From Zygnema circumcarinatum SAG 698-1b (lineage: Eukaryota; Plantae; Zygnematophyceae), in NCBI GenBank assembly GCA_037447605.1, contig CM074820.1, positions 930,001 through 994,000 of the forward strand: a stretch of DNA of 64,000 bases. The letters run 5' to 3'. This document shows, piece after piece, positions 11,401-24,234 of this stretch. Under the pieces are notes generated by a model. The model searched no databases and had not been told where the DNA came from. It saw nothing but the letters and a program-made list of their open reading frames with translations. How positions within the stretch are numbered: the stretch's first letter is position 1; every line of letters begins with the position of its first letter. The translations under genes were made by a program, and so were the position numbers.

Positions 11401-12387
11401 AAGGCCTGTAGGGCCTAGGTCGGTGGCGATCGTAGGCTTACGGGGTCCCACATGCAGCTGAGTTAGTGAGGAGTCAGATCGTACGGTGCAGGACGAGGAT
11501 CAAGATGAGGCTGAGTTGGATCCGACGGGCTGAGGAGCTGGATCCGTGTAAGCCAAGGAGGATCCGACGGAGCACGATTAAGATCAGGATAAGGCCCTTG
11601 CAAGGCGCTGCATGGGTGGCCGTGACATGACGGCGTCACGTGACAAAGGCCGCCATGGTATATTAGGGAGCAAGCTTGGCTTCCTACCTACTCACTCACT
11701 CACTCGGAACGTTATGCTGCTCAACCTTCGTGTTAGGAAGAGTAGGCAAAGGCGGAGGCCTTGAGGAGTCCGGCCTTGTGTAGGAGGTCGTGAAAGAACT
11801 ATCTCTCATCATGGTTAACTCTAGTGAAAGAGTTAGAGATGTGTCCCTCTCGTGTTGAGGTAGAGGAGAAGTTCAAGCAAGCATATAGTGCTTAGCTACT
11901 GCAGTTGGGGTGTAAGCTGCCTATCAGTGGATAGGGCAGTGCTCATAAGAGGAAGAGAATCGAGCATAAGGTTATATGTAGATTTCCTACGAGAGCTTGT
12001 ATTACACCTATGAATGTTAAGGAGTTTTAGGGCCGAGGGCTTTCTCCTTATACTTGTGTCATTCGTCACATGTGAGTCCTTGTGTTGGATTGGAGTGATG
12101 AATGGGTGGAGGCGACCATTGTATGGGCGGTGTGTCGCATCACACGTGGAGACCATTGGAGGAGCGTGGAGCTGAAGGAGCCGAGACCATGGAGGAGATG
12201 AAGAAGTGTTCTTGTAGGTGGCGCGTTTTGTTTTCCGCTGTGCGCACCTGGTGAGGGGAGGAAGAGAAGGCATATCATGGCGGATGTGGTATGTGGCCTA
12301 AGTAGAAGTGGAAGAAGTTTTGGAGTGTTCACTCAAGCATGTTTTATCCTTCCACTAGGTCTCTCCTTCTGCCCCCTCACACCAACA
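8495..12387 (+). mobile_element. Copia family B non-autonomous element, copy 1: decayed pol interior + PPT + 1.6-kb 3' LTR (10775-12387)
   Basis: [14 protein letters not shown] precedes TGTTGATG at 10775 and the LTR ends CCAACA. The interior has faint pol relics (ACMLGYVEG; KERLKARLVA). It matches 18810-22104 and 22105-24234. Confidence 0.8.
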
Positions 12388-12659
12388 AGGAACGGGTTCC
12401 GTACCATGCTCAGAGATCACGGTGTTTTTAGGGTGGATTGCAAATACCAGTCCTTAGGCTCTGATACCAATGTAACAAACCACTGCCTCCAGCAGGGTTC
12501 GAACTCAGGACCTCCCAATATTCACCTAAGTGCTTTACCATTAAAAGGCAACCGCGGATGTAAGTACTCGGCCATACAACCCATGTATAGCGTTTTAATA
12601 CACATACCTCCTCCCTCTTCTGCTATCCCTGTCCTTGCCTCTCGTAGGCCTTCCCTACA
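12388..12659 (-). mobile_element. Family H LTR element 5' end: 189-bp LTR (12471-12659) + intact tRNA-iMet PBS (12457-12469)
   Basis: Minus strand TGTAGGGAAG...TTTGTTACA is followed by T-TGGTATCAGAGCC, with a TATA-like TATTAAAA at about 12595. The far LTR end (12659) is inferred from the TGTA...TACA termini only. Confidence 0.7.
12484..12550 (-). other. tRNA-like cloverleaf/Pol III B-box module inside the family H LTR (not a canonical tRNA gene)
   Basis: Sequence TGCCTTT TAATGGTAAAGCAC TTAGGTGAATATTGGG AGGTC CTGAGTTCGAACCCTG CT GGAGGCA. It has a 7-bp acceptor-like stem (TGCCTTT/GGAGGCA), a D-loop-like TGGTAAAGC and a B-box GTTCGAACC. Confidence 0.6.
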
Positions 12660-13048
12660 TGCGGGACCTAGTCCGTCTGCTTGGGCGTTTGCTCAGTCTC
12701 TTGATGTCCTTGGATCTTTCTTTCTTGGGTCTCGGCGTCCCTGCTTTATGCTCGCATCCCACGAGCTTTGCGTGTTTGCGTCCGTGATGCTTTGCGCTTG
12801 CCCCTTGCTCGCCTTGTGTGTGATCCGTCTGATATTGCTGCCTGGCATCTCCTCCTTCTCTTCCCCCTTTGGGTTTTGGTTTTGCCCCCTCGTGGTGGGG
12901 CCAGTGCCATTCGTGAGACCCGTCGGCGGTGCCTTCGTTTTTCAGCAGGGGATTGGGAGCTTTTGCAGGCGGAGCATACGGATCGTATTCGTGCTCTATC
13001 TACGTCGACCACTAGCCGTTTGCCTTCTCTTTTTGATGCCCCTGCTCG
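12660..13048 (+). mobile_element. CRE-like non-LTR retrotransposon fragment (region N-terminal to RT)
   Basis: With one frameshift it reads WAFAQSLD..RIPRALRVCVRDALRLPLARLVCDPSDIAAWHLLLLFPLWVLVLPPRGG..RRRCLRFSAGDWELL. This resembles from memory the W.LLLL.P..L..P.RGG...F..G.W..L block upstream of CRE-clade RTs. Confidence 0.55.
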
Positions 13049-16000
13049 TGTTGGAGCGTGNNNNNNNNNNAGCTGTTGCAACCCCCGATGGTTAAGATGT
13101 CCAAGTCTACGATGCCAGAGATTTATGGCAGTTTCAGCCACAGCCATCACATCTTCATCCTCTGTCCTTCTATAATGAAGATAATACAGGCCTCCCTTCT
13201 CATACCCCTCAAACAGCCGCTTCCCCGTCACTGCATGAGTAGCTACACAAGACTTCTCCTTGAACGTGATCTCGTACCCCCTCTTACACACCTGGCTAAC
13301 AGACATGAAGTTCTGTTTCAGCTCGGGGGTGTGAAGGACATCACCGATACATAGACGCTCCTCCCTCTCTTCTTCGTAAGATGGCAGACCGTCGATCATC
13401 TGACTGCTCCTCCTTCGATAAATGTCACTCCCTCTTCCGTCGTGAGCGGATCGGGTCCTCAGCGTGTAGCGTGAAGCATTTGCTTATCGCCACACATGTG
13501 TGTGGAAGCGCCTGAGTCGATCAACCACGGCCGCTTCAGATCCTGAACCTGGATCTTCCCAACAAAGTCAGAATTTTCAGGCCTTTCAGCCATCATCAGA
13601 TTGGTCTCATTCGACCCTCTGCATTCGGTGCTCTTGTGACATCGCTTCTTGTACTTGAAGCGAGATCCCTTAGGCTTTTCGCTGCTTCTTGCGGGTACGT
13701 AGCCTCCTCCTCTCCCGATCTTGGGGACTCTTGTTCTTATGGCGATCGCGTGGTGGCGGTCTTGCCATACGTGTAGCACGCTCCCGCAAGGCGTTCTCCT
13801 CGGTCCGACTTCGGCGCACCTCCTCTTCGGTCTTGTCGTGAGTGCAGCGCTAGCACCTTCTCCTCGGTGCTCCCGGTGTCTTGGACGGTGTCCTCCTCCT
13901 TGATCCTCCGCTTCACTTGCTCAAGGGTCATTTTCGAGTTCGTTAGGACAGTCCTAAGCGCTGCGACTGCTACATCAAATCTGGAGGTCAATCCCCCTAA
14001 GAACTGGCTGATCTTATGGTCACTCTCTAACGGTTTCTGTAGAGCTATGAACCTCTCCATCAAGGTATCAAACCTGACCATATATTCACTCAGTTTCTCA
14101 TCCGAGGTCATCTTCATCTTCCCAAGCTGCGTGTAAAGACTCACTATCGTAACGTTATCCTTTACATCATACATCTCTTCTAAGCACCTCCACATAGCAT
14201 GTGAGGTCTTGAGATCATACAGCATGGACGAAGGACTTCCCCTCACACTCATGACGATCTGGGTGAGCGCTTTGTTGTCCTTGGCACTCCATCTGGCGAG
14301 CGACCGCTTCGTGCTCCGGCCTCCTGCTCCCGCCGTGGCTCCCTCGGTAGCACCGCTGCCTTTGATGGTGCCGTTGGCGTTGCAGCATCCCTTGCCCACG
14401 AGCAAAGGAACCAGCCGCCATCTCCACCCCTTGTAGTCTTGACCGTCGAATGCGGGAATGCTGAACTTCACGTGGTCCTCGTCGCCACCATTGGCTCTGA
14501 TACCACTTGTTGGAGCATGGATCTGCTCGCTGCTCCCGGCGCCACCTCGCGTGTCGCCCTCCATTGGAACTCCGGTTCCCACCGATGAAGACATCTTCAC
14601 TCTCTCTCACTCTATCTCACTTCACTCATAGCCCATAACTCACAGAATGAACGCAGAGACGAGCACAGCGGAAATCACACACGAGAGAGTGTAGGAGAAA
14701 GCTCACGGCTCTAAAACTCCTTTATAATAAGAATGTCACCCACATGAAGTTCTCCCCCTCTCACTAGCTACTTCTCCCCTTACTCACTACCTTGCGACAC
14801 AAGCAGGGCAGCCCAGCAACACGCAGGCACAGAATAAGTCACGGGACTACAGTAGGCTAATGTGGTTATCCTCATGAGCAGGCTAAACCCTATGTGCCGC
14901 CATAGCCGTGTTCGTGACATCTTCCTAGTTGACCAATGTCACGTCACGGCCACCTCATGCGTGCTTCCATGTCGCTGCGCCGTTTAACATCCAGCTTTGC
15001 GGTCCTTCGTAAACCTACGCCAACGCCGACCTAGTTAGGCCGTCCGTACAGTTCCGCCGCCCATCTGAACTTGTCGATGATTGGCACGCAGAACTTCCGC
15101 GCCAATGCAAGTGCACGTGGCCACCCGCGCGGCGTGTGTTGGCTCGCGCGCGCCCCGTACATGTCGCCGCCATGGTCGCAGAGTCTCCATCGTTGGCATT
15201 CGCGTCACGCTTGTCCACATCGCTTCGCGTTTCGACCTGCATCATGGCCCTGACGATGCCGCAACCGCACTAAGGCATCGACGCAGTTCCGCCGACATCA
15301 CAGCATCCTCCGCACCCCGTAGGGCGTCCGCGGGGCCACGATGAGCCAACATATTGTCAAAGCTAGCCAACCTCATATTTCCAGATGGGTACAACGTGTT
15401 AGTGTAAACCCGTACAATGTCTAACTATAGCACACTAACACTAACAATCCCCCTCTTGGGCCTCAGTTCCTCATGGGCCCTAGCCCAATGAGTCTGCTAT
15501 TCACTAGTAGCGTCTCTCCACTAACTCCCTTAGTCAACATATCCACAGCCTGCTCCTTCGTCCCCACGAACTTCACAACAATCATCCCCTCCTCTACCAA
15601 TTCTTGCACAAAATGGTATTGCACTCTGATATGCTTTGTTCTCTTATGAAACAAAGGGTTTTCAACAAGAGCTATGGACGACTGATTATCCGTGAACAAA
15701 GTCAAGGGACGTTGTGGCCTCTTACACTCATCAAAGAAATGTTGGAACCAAACTCCCTCCTTCGCTGCGTGACATGCTCCCATGTACTCGCCTTCGGTGC
15801 TAGACAACGCAACCGAATCCTGTAGCTTCGAGCTCCATGAGATCGCTCCACCTGCGTTCAGGTAAACAAATCCGGAGGTCGATCGCGATGTGTCCACGTC
15901 ACCTCCCCAGTCAGAGTCGGTNNNNNNNNNNGCCTCCCAATGCTCAGGGCCGGGATTCTCCATGAACCGACTCGCGGCGCTCACAGCTTTCGCCAAGTCC

Positions 16001-16259
16001 GGTCGGGTACCAATCATTAGGTACATTAAACTTCCGATAGCAGATCTGTACGGCACTCCGTACATGCGCTGAACCTCCGCGTCCGTCGCGGGCTCCATAT
16101 CTTTCGACAATCTCGCGCCGATCTCCATCGGGCTGGTGCACGGTCTGCACTCCTCCATATTGAATCTCGCAAGTACATCCGCGGCGTACTTCTTCTGACT
16201 TAGGAACAGACTTCCGTCCTGCCCCCTCTTCAGCTGTATCCCCAGGAGATATTGCGCCT
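13049..16259 (-). mobile_element. Copia family A tandem: LTR end (13049) / gap / gag-PR / shared LTR (14508-15446) / RT-RNase H of an upstream unit
   Basis: TGTTGGAGCGTG at 13049 is the A-LTR terminus. The central LTR has a PBS on one side (14493-14505) and a PPT on the other (15447-15457). RNase H ORF 15463-16158 has DSDWGGD..RSTSGF and DNQSSIALVENPLFHKRTKHI. The gag copy carries many small indels. Confidence 0.85.
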
Positions 16260-18628
16260 TGTTGTTGCAGCGCCCTCCCTTGGTGGGGCTGCCACTTCTC
16301 CTCTAGCACTTGTAAAACTCGACATTTTCAATGAATTGCTCAATCACACAAAGCACACTAAATGCAAGCAAACAACTCAGCGGAAATATGAAAATGTAAG
16401 GAGAAAGCCACCAGCCTAAAACTCCTTAAGATAAAGATGAAATACAACTTGACAACACTCGAGCCAAGCTTCAAGCACCTCCACTCAAGCTACGTGAATA
16501 AACCACCCACTACAAGCTGAACTCTTCCCACTATCTCCTAGGCCCTAAGCAAGATAGCCTCACTCCCCAATGTGAGTCACGAGAAGGTTCACTTCTACCA
16601 AACAATCTAACCCTTAAATACAATATGGCGCCATTAGTGACATTGTCATGTCACGGCCGCACATGCAACGCCTTGCAAGACCCTTATCCCGATCCTAATC
16701 TCGCGCCGTTGGATCCTCGTAGGCTTGCACGGATCCAGCACATCATTGCCGTCANNNNNNNNNNATTCGATCCTGGGCGCTTCCGCTGAACTCCTCATAG
16801 GTCCAGCAACCGGGTATTCCTTTGTAGCCGCAACCTTGTCCTCAGGCTGCTCAACTACCCTGGGTTGAAAGGACCCCTCCACTTCAACTCCATCCTTGTT
16901 TGGATGCAACAAGCCCGTGTTTCCGGCCTCCTTGGAGCTCACTAACTCTGAGTGATCCTGGAATTCGCACACATTCTCACCACCACTAATGTCCACCCTT
17001 TCGGTGATGGGTCTTTCAACCCCCTTAGCCTGGCTATCTGAAATGTCGTTGGCGAAATAATCCCCTGCTCCCCTGAGCCTCAATGCTTGCTCTAGCATCC
17101 CCTTTCCTCCTCCAAGCAGGTCTGGATCTATCTTATGGTGAATGGGTTCCTCCACAGGGTCCTTGGCGGGATAGCTCAGGCCTTGAGCCTCCTTCCACTC
17201 TAGAAAGTAAAGCCCACCTTGCTGGATTCCCTTGCACAAGACTTGCCCTGTCTCCTTGTGAATGACCTCACAACTACCCTTCTCAAACCATACTCCATAG
17301 TGCTTCTCACACAACTGACTAACAGAGAGGAAATTAATCTGTAGTCCGGGAGTATGCAGTACGTTACCAACATGGACAACCCTCTGCGTGCTTCCCTCCC
17401 CGAGCACCTCCAACTTGACTGTTCCGCCTTGCGTCACCGAGACTCCATCTCCATGTTGGTGGAGGGACTCCTCCACTGCTGCCGTCCGTTCCTCCATTCG
17501 GGTCACCCTCCATCGGAGTTCGCGTTCCAATCGACGATGACATTCCAAATCTCTCACATTCACTCATAGCCCATTTTACTCACAGAGTGAATCACAGCAA
17601 ATAATGCACAGCGGAATAACAGAGAGAAATGAATAGGAGAAAACTCCTGGCTCTAAAACTCCTTAATAGTGANNNNNNNNNNCCAACTGCAGTAGCTAAG
17701 CACTATATGCTTGCTTGAACTTCTCCTCTACCTCAACACGAGAGGGACACATCTCTAACTCTTTCACTAGAGTTAACCATGATGAGAGACAGTTCTTTCA
17801 CGACCCCCTACACAAGGCCGGACTCCTCAAGGCCTCAGCCTCTGCCTACTCTTCCTAACACGAAGGTTGAGCAGCATAACGTTCAGAGTGAGTGAGTGAG
17901 TAAGTAGGAAGCCAAGCTTGCTCCCTCATATACCATGGCGGCCTTTGTCACGTGACGCCGTCATGTCACGGCCACCCATGCAGCGCCTTGCAAGGGCCTT
18001 ATCCTGATCTTAATCGTGCTCCGTCGGATCCTCCTTGGCTCACACGGATCCAGCTCCTCAGCCCGTCGGATCCAACTCAGCCTTCCGTTCAATCCACGCT
18101 CTTGGCGCCAGAGGATCTGGACTCTTGCCTCCAAGATAGATGACGGGCCAATCCTCGCAGCCGCCCCACGCCACCGACACCCGGACGCAGCTCCGCATAG
18201 CTCAATCAAGCACACGATAATCCGACGCCACTTTATGCCAAGTCCAAATCAGCTAATCTGGCGCTGACGCCAAGGCCACGCCACTTCAAATTTATGCTAG
18301 CTTTCAAGGTGGTCGCGATCACATCTTCGGGATGGCTCCGCTAAGCCCGCCACGCCACATTTCACCGTCGCTGCCGCCGCTCGCCACTGACCACAAGCAG
18401 CCGCCGCTCTCCATCAATTAAAGTCCGCATCGCCGCTTCCACGGCCCAGGGCGCTATCAGCCAGTACACACACAAAGACACGACACAAAACTAATGTCCC
18501 AACAACAACTTGTCTAGTGACTAACTACTATACACTAACACTCCAGTTGCCGAGTAGCCCGAGCGGGTTCCCTCCAAAGTCTCCTTCTCTGCAAAGAGTG
18601 AGTCGTCCACGCACATGTGCCTTGAATC
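16260..18628 (-). mobile_element. Copia family D copy 2 (3' LTR part 16260-16754, interior 16765-17453 and 18541-18628), inserted into family-A RT
   Basis: Reverse complement of 2720-3207 and 1225-2000. The flank resumes the RT frame EAQYLLGIQLKR. Confidence 0.8.
17454..18540 (-). mobile_element. Family E solo LTR with 5-bp TSD CTCCA
   Basis: Minus strand runs TGTTAGTG...CCAACA. CTCCA occurs at 17449-17453 and 18541-18545, and removal rejoins the pol frame YSATG|DGVSVTQGG. It contains a gap and a B-like block (17683-18078). Confidence 0.85.
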
Positions 18629-18629
18629 A

Positions 18630-18809
18630 CCGGAATTTGGAGGAGGTCAGCATGCCCGAGAGCAGAGGAGCTGAACCAGAAACGTTACCAAGCGTCGAAG
18701 CGGACGTGGGAGCTGAACCCAAAGTGCCGCAAGCGGGAGAGCCGCAGATTTCGACGGAAACGGCTCCACTACACACTCACCTGTCAGACGAGGAGAACTC
18801 GGCCGAAAC
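18630..18809 (+). mobile_element. Fragment of family-A-like integrase-RT linker
   Basis: NLEEVSMPESRGAEPETLPSVEA resembles ALEEISMPESEGADSGAMPNVEAE at the end of ORF 26185-28764. Confidence 0.55.
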
Positions 18810-21800
18810 TGTTGGTGTGAGGGGGCAGAAGGAGAGACCTAGTGGAAGGATAAAACATGCTTGAGTGAACACTCCAAAACTTCTTCCACTTCTACTTAGG
18901 CCACATACCGCTTCCGCCACGATATGCCTTCTCTTCCTCCCCTCACCAGGTGCGCACAGCGGATAACAAAACGCGCCACCTACAAGAACACTTCTTCATC
19001 TCCTCCATGGTCTCGGCTCCTTCAACTCCACGCTCCTCCAATGGTCTCCACGTGTGATGCGACACACCGCCCATACAATGTTCGCCTCCACTCATTCATC
19101 ACTCCAATCCAACACAAGGACTCACATGTGACGAATGACACAAGTATAAGGAGAAAGCCCTCGGCCCTAAAACTCCTTAACATTCATAGGTGTAATACAA
19201 GCTCTCTTAGGAAATCTACATATAACCTTATGCCCGATTCTCCTCCTCTCATGAGCACTACCCTATCCACTGATAGGCAGCTTACACCCCAACTGCAGTA
19301 GCTAAGCACTATATGCTTGCTTGAACTTCTCCTCTACCTCAACACGAGAGGGACACATCTCTAACTCTTTCACTAGAGTTAACCATGATGAGAGACAGTT
19401 CTTTCACGACCTCCTACACAAGGCCGGACTCCTCAAGGCCTCAGCCTCTGCCTACTCTTCCTAACACGAAGGTTGAGCAGCATAACGTTCCGAGTGAGTG
19501 AGTGAGTAAGTAGGAAGCCAAGCTTGCTCCCTCATATACCATGGCGGCCTTTGTCACGTGACGCCGTCATGTCACGGCCACCCATGCAGCGCCTTGCAAG
19601 GGCCTTATCCTGATCTTAATCGTGCTCCGTCGGATCCTCCTTGGCTCACACGGATCCAGCTCCTCAGCCCGTCGGATCCAACTCAGCCTCATCTTGATCC
19701 TCGTCCTGCACCGTACGATCTGACTCCTCACTAACTCAGCTGCATGTGGGACCCCGTAAGCCTACGGTCGCCACCGACCTAGGCCCTACAGGCCTTACCC
19801 CGAATCTGACATGTGGCGCCTTCCAATTCGCCACTGTCCTCCACATGAGACACTGCTGATGCAGCGCCTCCTCACTCCTGATTCATTGCGCCGACATTCT
19901 GATGTCGCGCCTTGTCACTTTCGAATCTGCCGCGTCGCGCCACGTCACTTCTGAATCCGCCGCGCTGAGCCTAAGCACCGACCAATGTCCGTACCTCGAA
20001 AGTACATACCTAATCATGAGTTATGTTCCGCTTGGAGATTGCATCGCGATCTACACTCTGGCGCGACCAATCATGTTGCTTAGTGCAGATCCGCCTTTCG
20101 CACCAGAGACCTCCGCGTCCGAACATTTCCGCGTCGTCCGTACAGTCGCGCGCCGTCCGTACAGTAACGCTCCAAACCAATTAATGCGCATCCAGCGCAC
20201 CCCCTTTGATACGATCTAAGCCTAAGCCGCAAATCTACGACCCTAGACCTTCCCTGGACCTTCCGTACCATGCCCTAGCACTTTGGGCACCCCCCATGTT
20301 TGAATCCTACACCAAACATGACCATTCAAGCATGACATTGTCCCTACATCAACACATGATCTCCCGGACAACATCCATGCTAGGAACTAAGTACCAACAC
20401 CTTGATGTACCTATACATCAACAATCCCCCTCTTGGTACGTAAGTTCCTTGCAAGCTATACTAACATGGCACCCTAAGCTTAACAACAACTAACTAGGCA
20501 TACCTTGCCGCTTGCACATCAATTCCCTTGAATTGATTCCACCGTAAATGCAATAGCCATTGCACTCTCCCCCGGGCCACCTCTTCCAATAGATGGTCTT
20601 CACTTCGCATGTGCAATCGTTGCACATCAGAACTTCCTTGAGCGTAGTTGACACCTTGTCAACAATGTGGTGGGAACCTTCAACCTCTGAACTCTGCAAA
20701 GGTCATCCTCCAAGGTAAACCCGAGAAGTCCCATCTTCTCCTCCCAACTCACATATCCATGAAGTCGTCTTCTCCATTGTCGCTCACCCCCTCATAAACA
20801 TGAGGTCGTTCATATCTGTCCCTCGAATCCTCCGCGTGGTACTCTCGCCACTTGTTGTAGGCATCCTCCCAAATGAAGTGCCATCTTCATCAGCAACTTC
20901 CTCTACACGATCCTAGGACCTCGCACTATGAACTCACATGTCCACCATGGACAATCTCTACTCACATGTCCCCCATGGACAATCTCTCCTCAGCGCCATC
21001 TGCCAAGGTCAAATCTGAACACCTTGCCTACCCCCTCTTAAGCTCAACAGCCTACTTGTACAAAAACTGGTCCTCCAAAGCCAACTCTAGCTTCGACATC
21101 TTGGCACCCTCCTCTTGTACTCCACCTTTGGGGTCTTAATTCTGCTCAATTGCTCCATCAATGAGCTGGCAAACCGGATGTTCCTCTTCCCTTATCAGGG
21201 TCCTACAAACCCTGCTTGACACTTTCTTCATTGCATGTCAATTTCTCCAAGAGTGTAATACTTGCACCTTTCATATGCATCTGAAAACACCTTACTCTAG
21301 CTTTGTGACTTTCTAAGGAATACCACGAAGGGAAGTGTACTGCACCATCATCATGATGACATTCTCCACACTCTGCTCGTCTCTTGATTCCGTTGCCACC
21401 AGCCGCGCCTTCAAGCGCTCCTTGCCGCCTCTTGATCTCCATGATCACTCGCAGCTCCTCGAACCTTCAAGTTCGTCGCTTCAACACTTCAAGACTGCTC
21501 AGCCTCCTCTATCATAGCACCTTCTTCATTTCTCCAACTCCGGAGAGAAGTCATCTGAAGTCAGCATCACCGGTCCATCGTCCATCGCTAATGATAAGCA
21601 TGATTGGGTCTATTGGGCTACCCTTGTAGCATCCTCCTCCAACCAAGTCGCCGAGTCTTACTATCTTCTTCTTTTGAGGAAAACGAAACTTCCCCTTCAA
21701 AACTCTATCACACACANNNNNNNNNNNNNNNNNNNNNNNNNNNNNNNNNNNNNNNNNNNNNNNNNNNNNNNNNNNNNNNNNNNNNNNNNNNNNNNNNNNN

Positions 21801-22104
21801 NNNNNNNNNNNNNNNNNNNNNNNNNNNNNNNNNNNNNNNNNNNNNNNNNNNNNNNNNNNNNNNNNNNNNNNNNNNNNNNNNNNNNNNNNNNNNNNNNNNN
21901 NNNNNNNNNNNNNNNNNNNNNNGTACGCCACTTCTCCTTCGAGATCCACCAGCTTCTCTTGACTTCTCTTGAGATCAGCAACTCGGCTCCTCCTTCGAAA
22001 AGGTCTCTATTCCTTGCTCCCGAGTAAACTAGGCGTGCACTCCCAGCAAACTCTTCAAACAAAGATCAAGTCCACGTCTGGACACACTTGAGCCACCCTG
22101 CCAT
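18810..22104 (-). mobile_element. Copia family B copy 2 (3' LTR 18810-20423 + decayed interior)
   Basis: Reverse complement of 9280-12387. The LTR is 1614 bp and the PPT is at 20424-20434. Confidence 0.85.
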
Positions 22105-24234
22105 CAGGGGCAAGGCTGAAGTCGGACGAGGAGGATTCCACTCCAAGTCGACATTTTGGAGCCGTGAGCTCGTGGAGATCACATTGCTAACGGACTTGCA
22201 GGGCTTATCTTGTGGAGGGATCATTCGGATCCAAGGAGACGGCATGGTGGCTCAAGTGTGTCCAGACGTGGACTTGATCTTTGTTTGAAGAGTTTGCTGG
22301 GAGTGCACGCCTAGTTTACTCGGGAACAAGATAGTGACCTATTCGAAGGTGGAGCCGAGTTGCTGATCTCAAGAGGAGTCAAGAGAAGCTGGTGGATCTC
22401 GAAGGAGAAGTGGTGTACAGTTGTCGTGGAAGACAAGGTGAAGTACTTTTAGGCCACAAAATTTTGTTTGAAATTTTCCTTAAAAGGTGAATTTATTTTG
22501 GAAGCAAGCAGGTGGAGTTAGATGCAGGTTGACCCTTGTGATGGGATAGAGCAGAGTAGCTTGTACTTCTTCGAAAAGAGGAAGGTGCAACGATGGACGG
22601 TTGCACGATAGCTTGTGGAGCTCGGCATCAAGGAACTCGGACACCTAAGCTTGAAGAGCTTGAAGATGCTTGCAAGGACTACGATCTTGAGAGGTGCCTA
22701 GGTTTGGAAGTCACAAGGATGGAAGAGACGCCGACATGGAGATGGCGAGATCGCACTCATGAGGGGATGGCGCTCTTAAGCAAGGTACCGCAACCTTGCA
22801 TACCTTGTGTGTGATAGAGTTTTGAGGGGGAGGTTTCGTTTCCCTCAAAGGAAGAAGATAGTAAGACTCGGCGACTTGGTTGGAGGAGGATGCTACAAGG
22901 GTAGCCCAATAGACCCAATCATGCTTATCATTAGCGGAGGAGCAGCTAGACGATGGACCGGTGATGCTGACTTCAGATGACTTCTCTCCGGAGTTGGAGA
23001 AATGAAGAAGGTGCTATGATAGAGGAGGCTGAGCAGTCTTGAAGTGTTGAAGCGACGAACTTGAAGGTTCGAGGAGCTGCGAGTGATCATGGAGATCAAG
23101 AGGCGGCAAGGAGCGCTTGAAGGCGCGGCTGGTGGCAACGGAATCAAGGGACGAGCAGAGTGTGGAGAATGTCATCATGATGATGGTGCAGTACACTTCC
23201 CTTCGTGGTATTCCTTAGAAAGTCACTAAGCTAGAGTGAGGTGTTTTCAGATGCATATGAAAGGTGCAAGAATTACACTCTTTGAAGAAATTGACACGCA
23301 ATGAAGAAAGTGTCAAGCAGGGTTTGTAGGACCCTGATAGGGGAAGAGGAACATCCGGTTTGCCAGCTCATTGATGGAGTAGGTGAGCAGAATTGAGACC
23401 CCAAAGGTGGAGTACAAGAGGAGGGTGCCGAGATGTCGAAGCTAGAGTGTGCTTTGGAGGACCAGTCTTTGTACACGTAGGCTATTTAGCTTAAGAGGGG
23501 GTAGGCAAGGTGTTCAGATTCGACCTTGGCAGATGGTGCTGAGGAGAGATTGTCCATGGGGGACATGTGAGTAGAGAATGTCCATGGGGGACATGTGAGT
23601 TCATACTGTGAGGTCCCAGGATCGTGAAGAGGAAGTTGTTGGTGAAGGCGGTACTTCATTTGGGAGGAGGCCTACAACAAGTGGCGAGAGTACCACGAGG
23701 AGGATTCGAGGGACAGATATGAACGACCTCATGTTTATGAGGGGGTGAGCGGCAATGGAGAAGACGACTTCATGGATATGTGAGTTGGGAGGAGAAGATG
23801 GGACTTCTCAGGTTTACCTTGGAGGATGACCTTTTGAAGAGTTCAGAGGTTGAAGGTTCCCACCACATTGTTGACAAGGTGTCAACTACGCTCAAGGAGA
23901 TTGTGATGTGCGAGGATTGCACATGCGAAGTGAAGACCATCTATTGGAAGAGGTGGCCCGGGGGAGAGTGCAATGGCTGTTGCATTCACGGTGGAATCAA
24001 TTCAAGGGAATTGATGTGCAAGCGGCAAGGTATGCCTAGTTAGTTGTTGCTAAGCTTAGGGTGCCATGTTAGTATAGCTTGCAAGGAACTTACGTACCAA
24101 GAGGGGGATTGTTGATGTATAGGTACATCAAGGTGTTGGTACTTAGTTCCTAGCATGGATGTTGTCCGGGAGATCATGTGTTGATGTAGGGACAATGTCA
24201 TGTATGAATGGTCATGTTTGGTATAGGACCAAAC

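Noticed and set aside
12381-12387. LTR-terminal CAACA as RAV AP2 binding sites
   Set aside because: CAACA is simply the usual Copia att end, and no paired CACCTG site was noticed.
12484-12550. Functional tRNA gene
   Set aside because: The D-stem is incomplete, the anticodon arm pairs poorly and it lies inside an LTR. Kept only as tRNA-like.
16646-17563. 305-aa LTR-E/pol-D fusion ORF as a new chimeric gene
   Set aside because: It starts at GTG, uses a different frame from the conserved MSSS start, and crosses an assembly gap.
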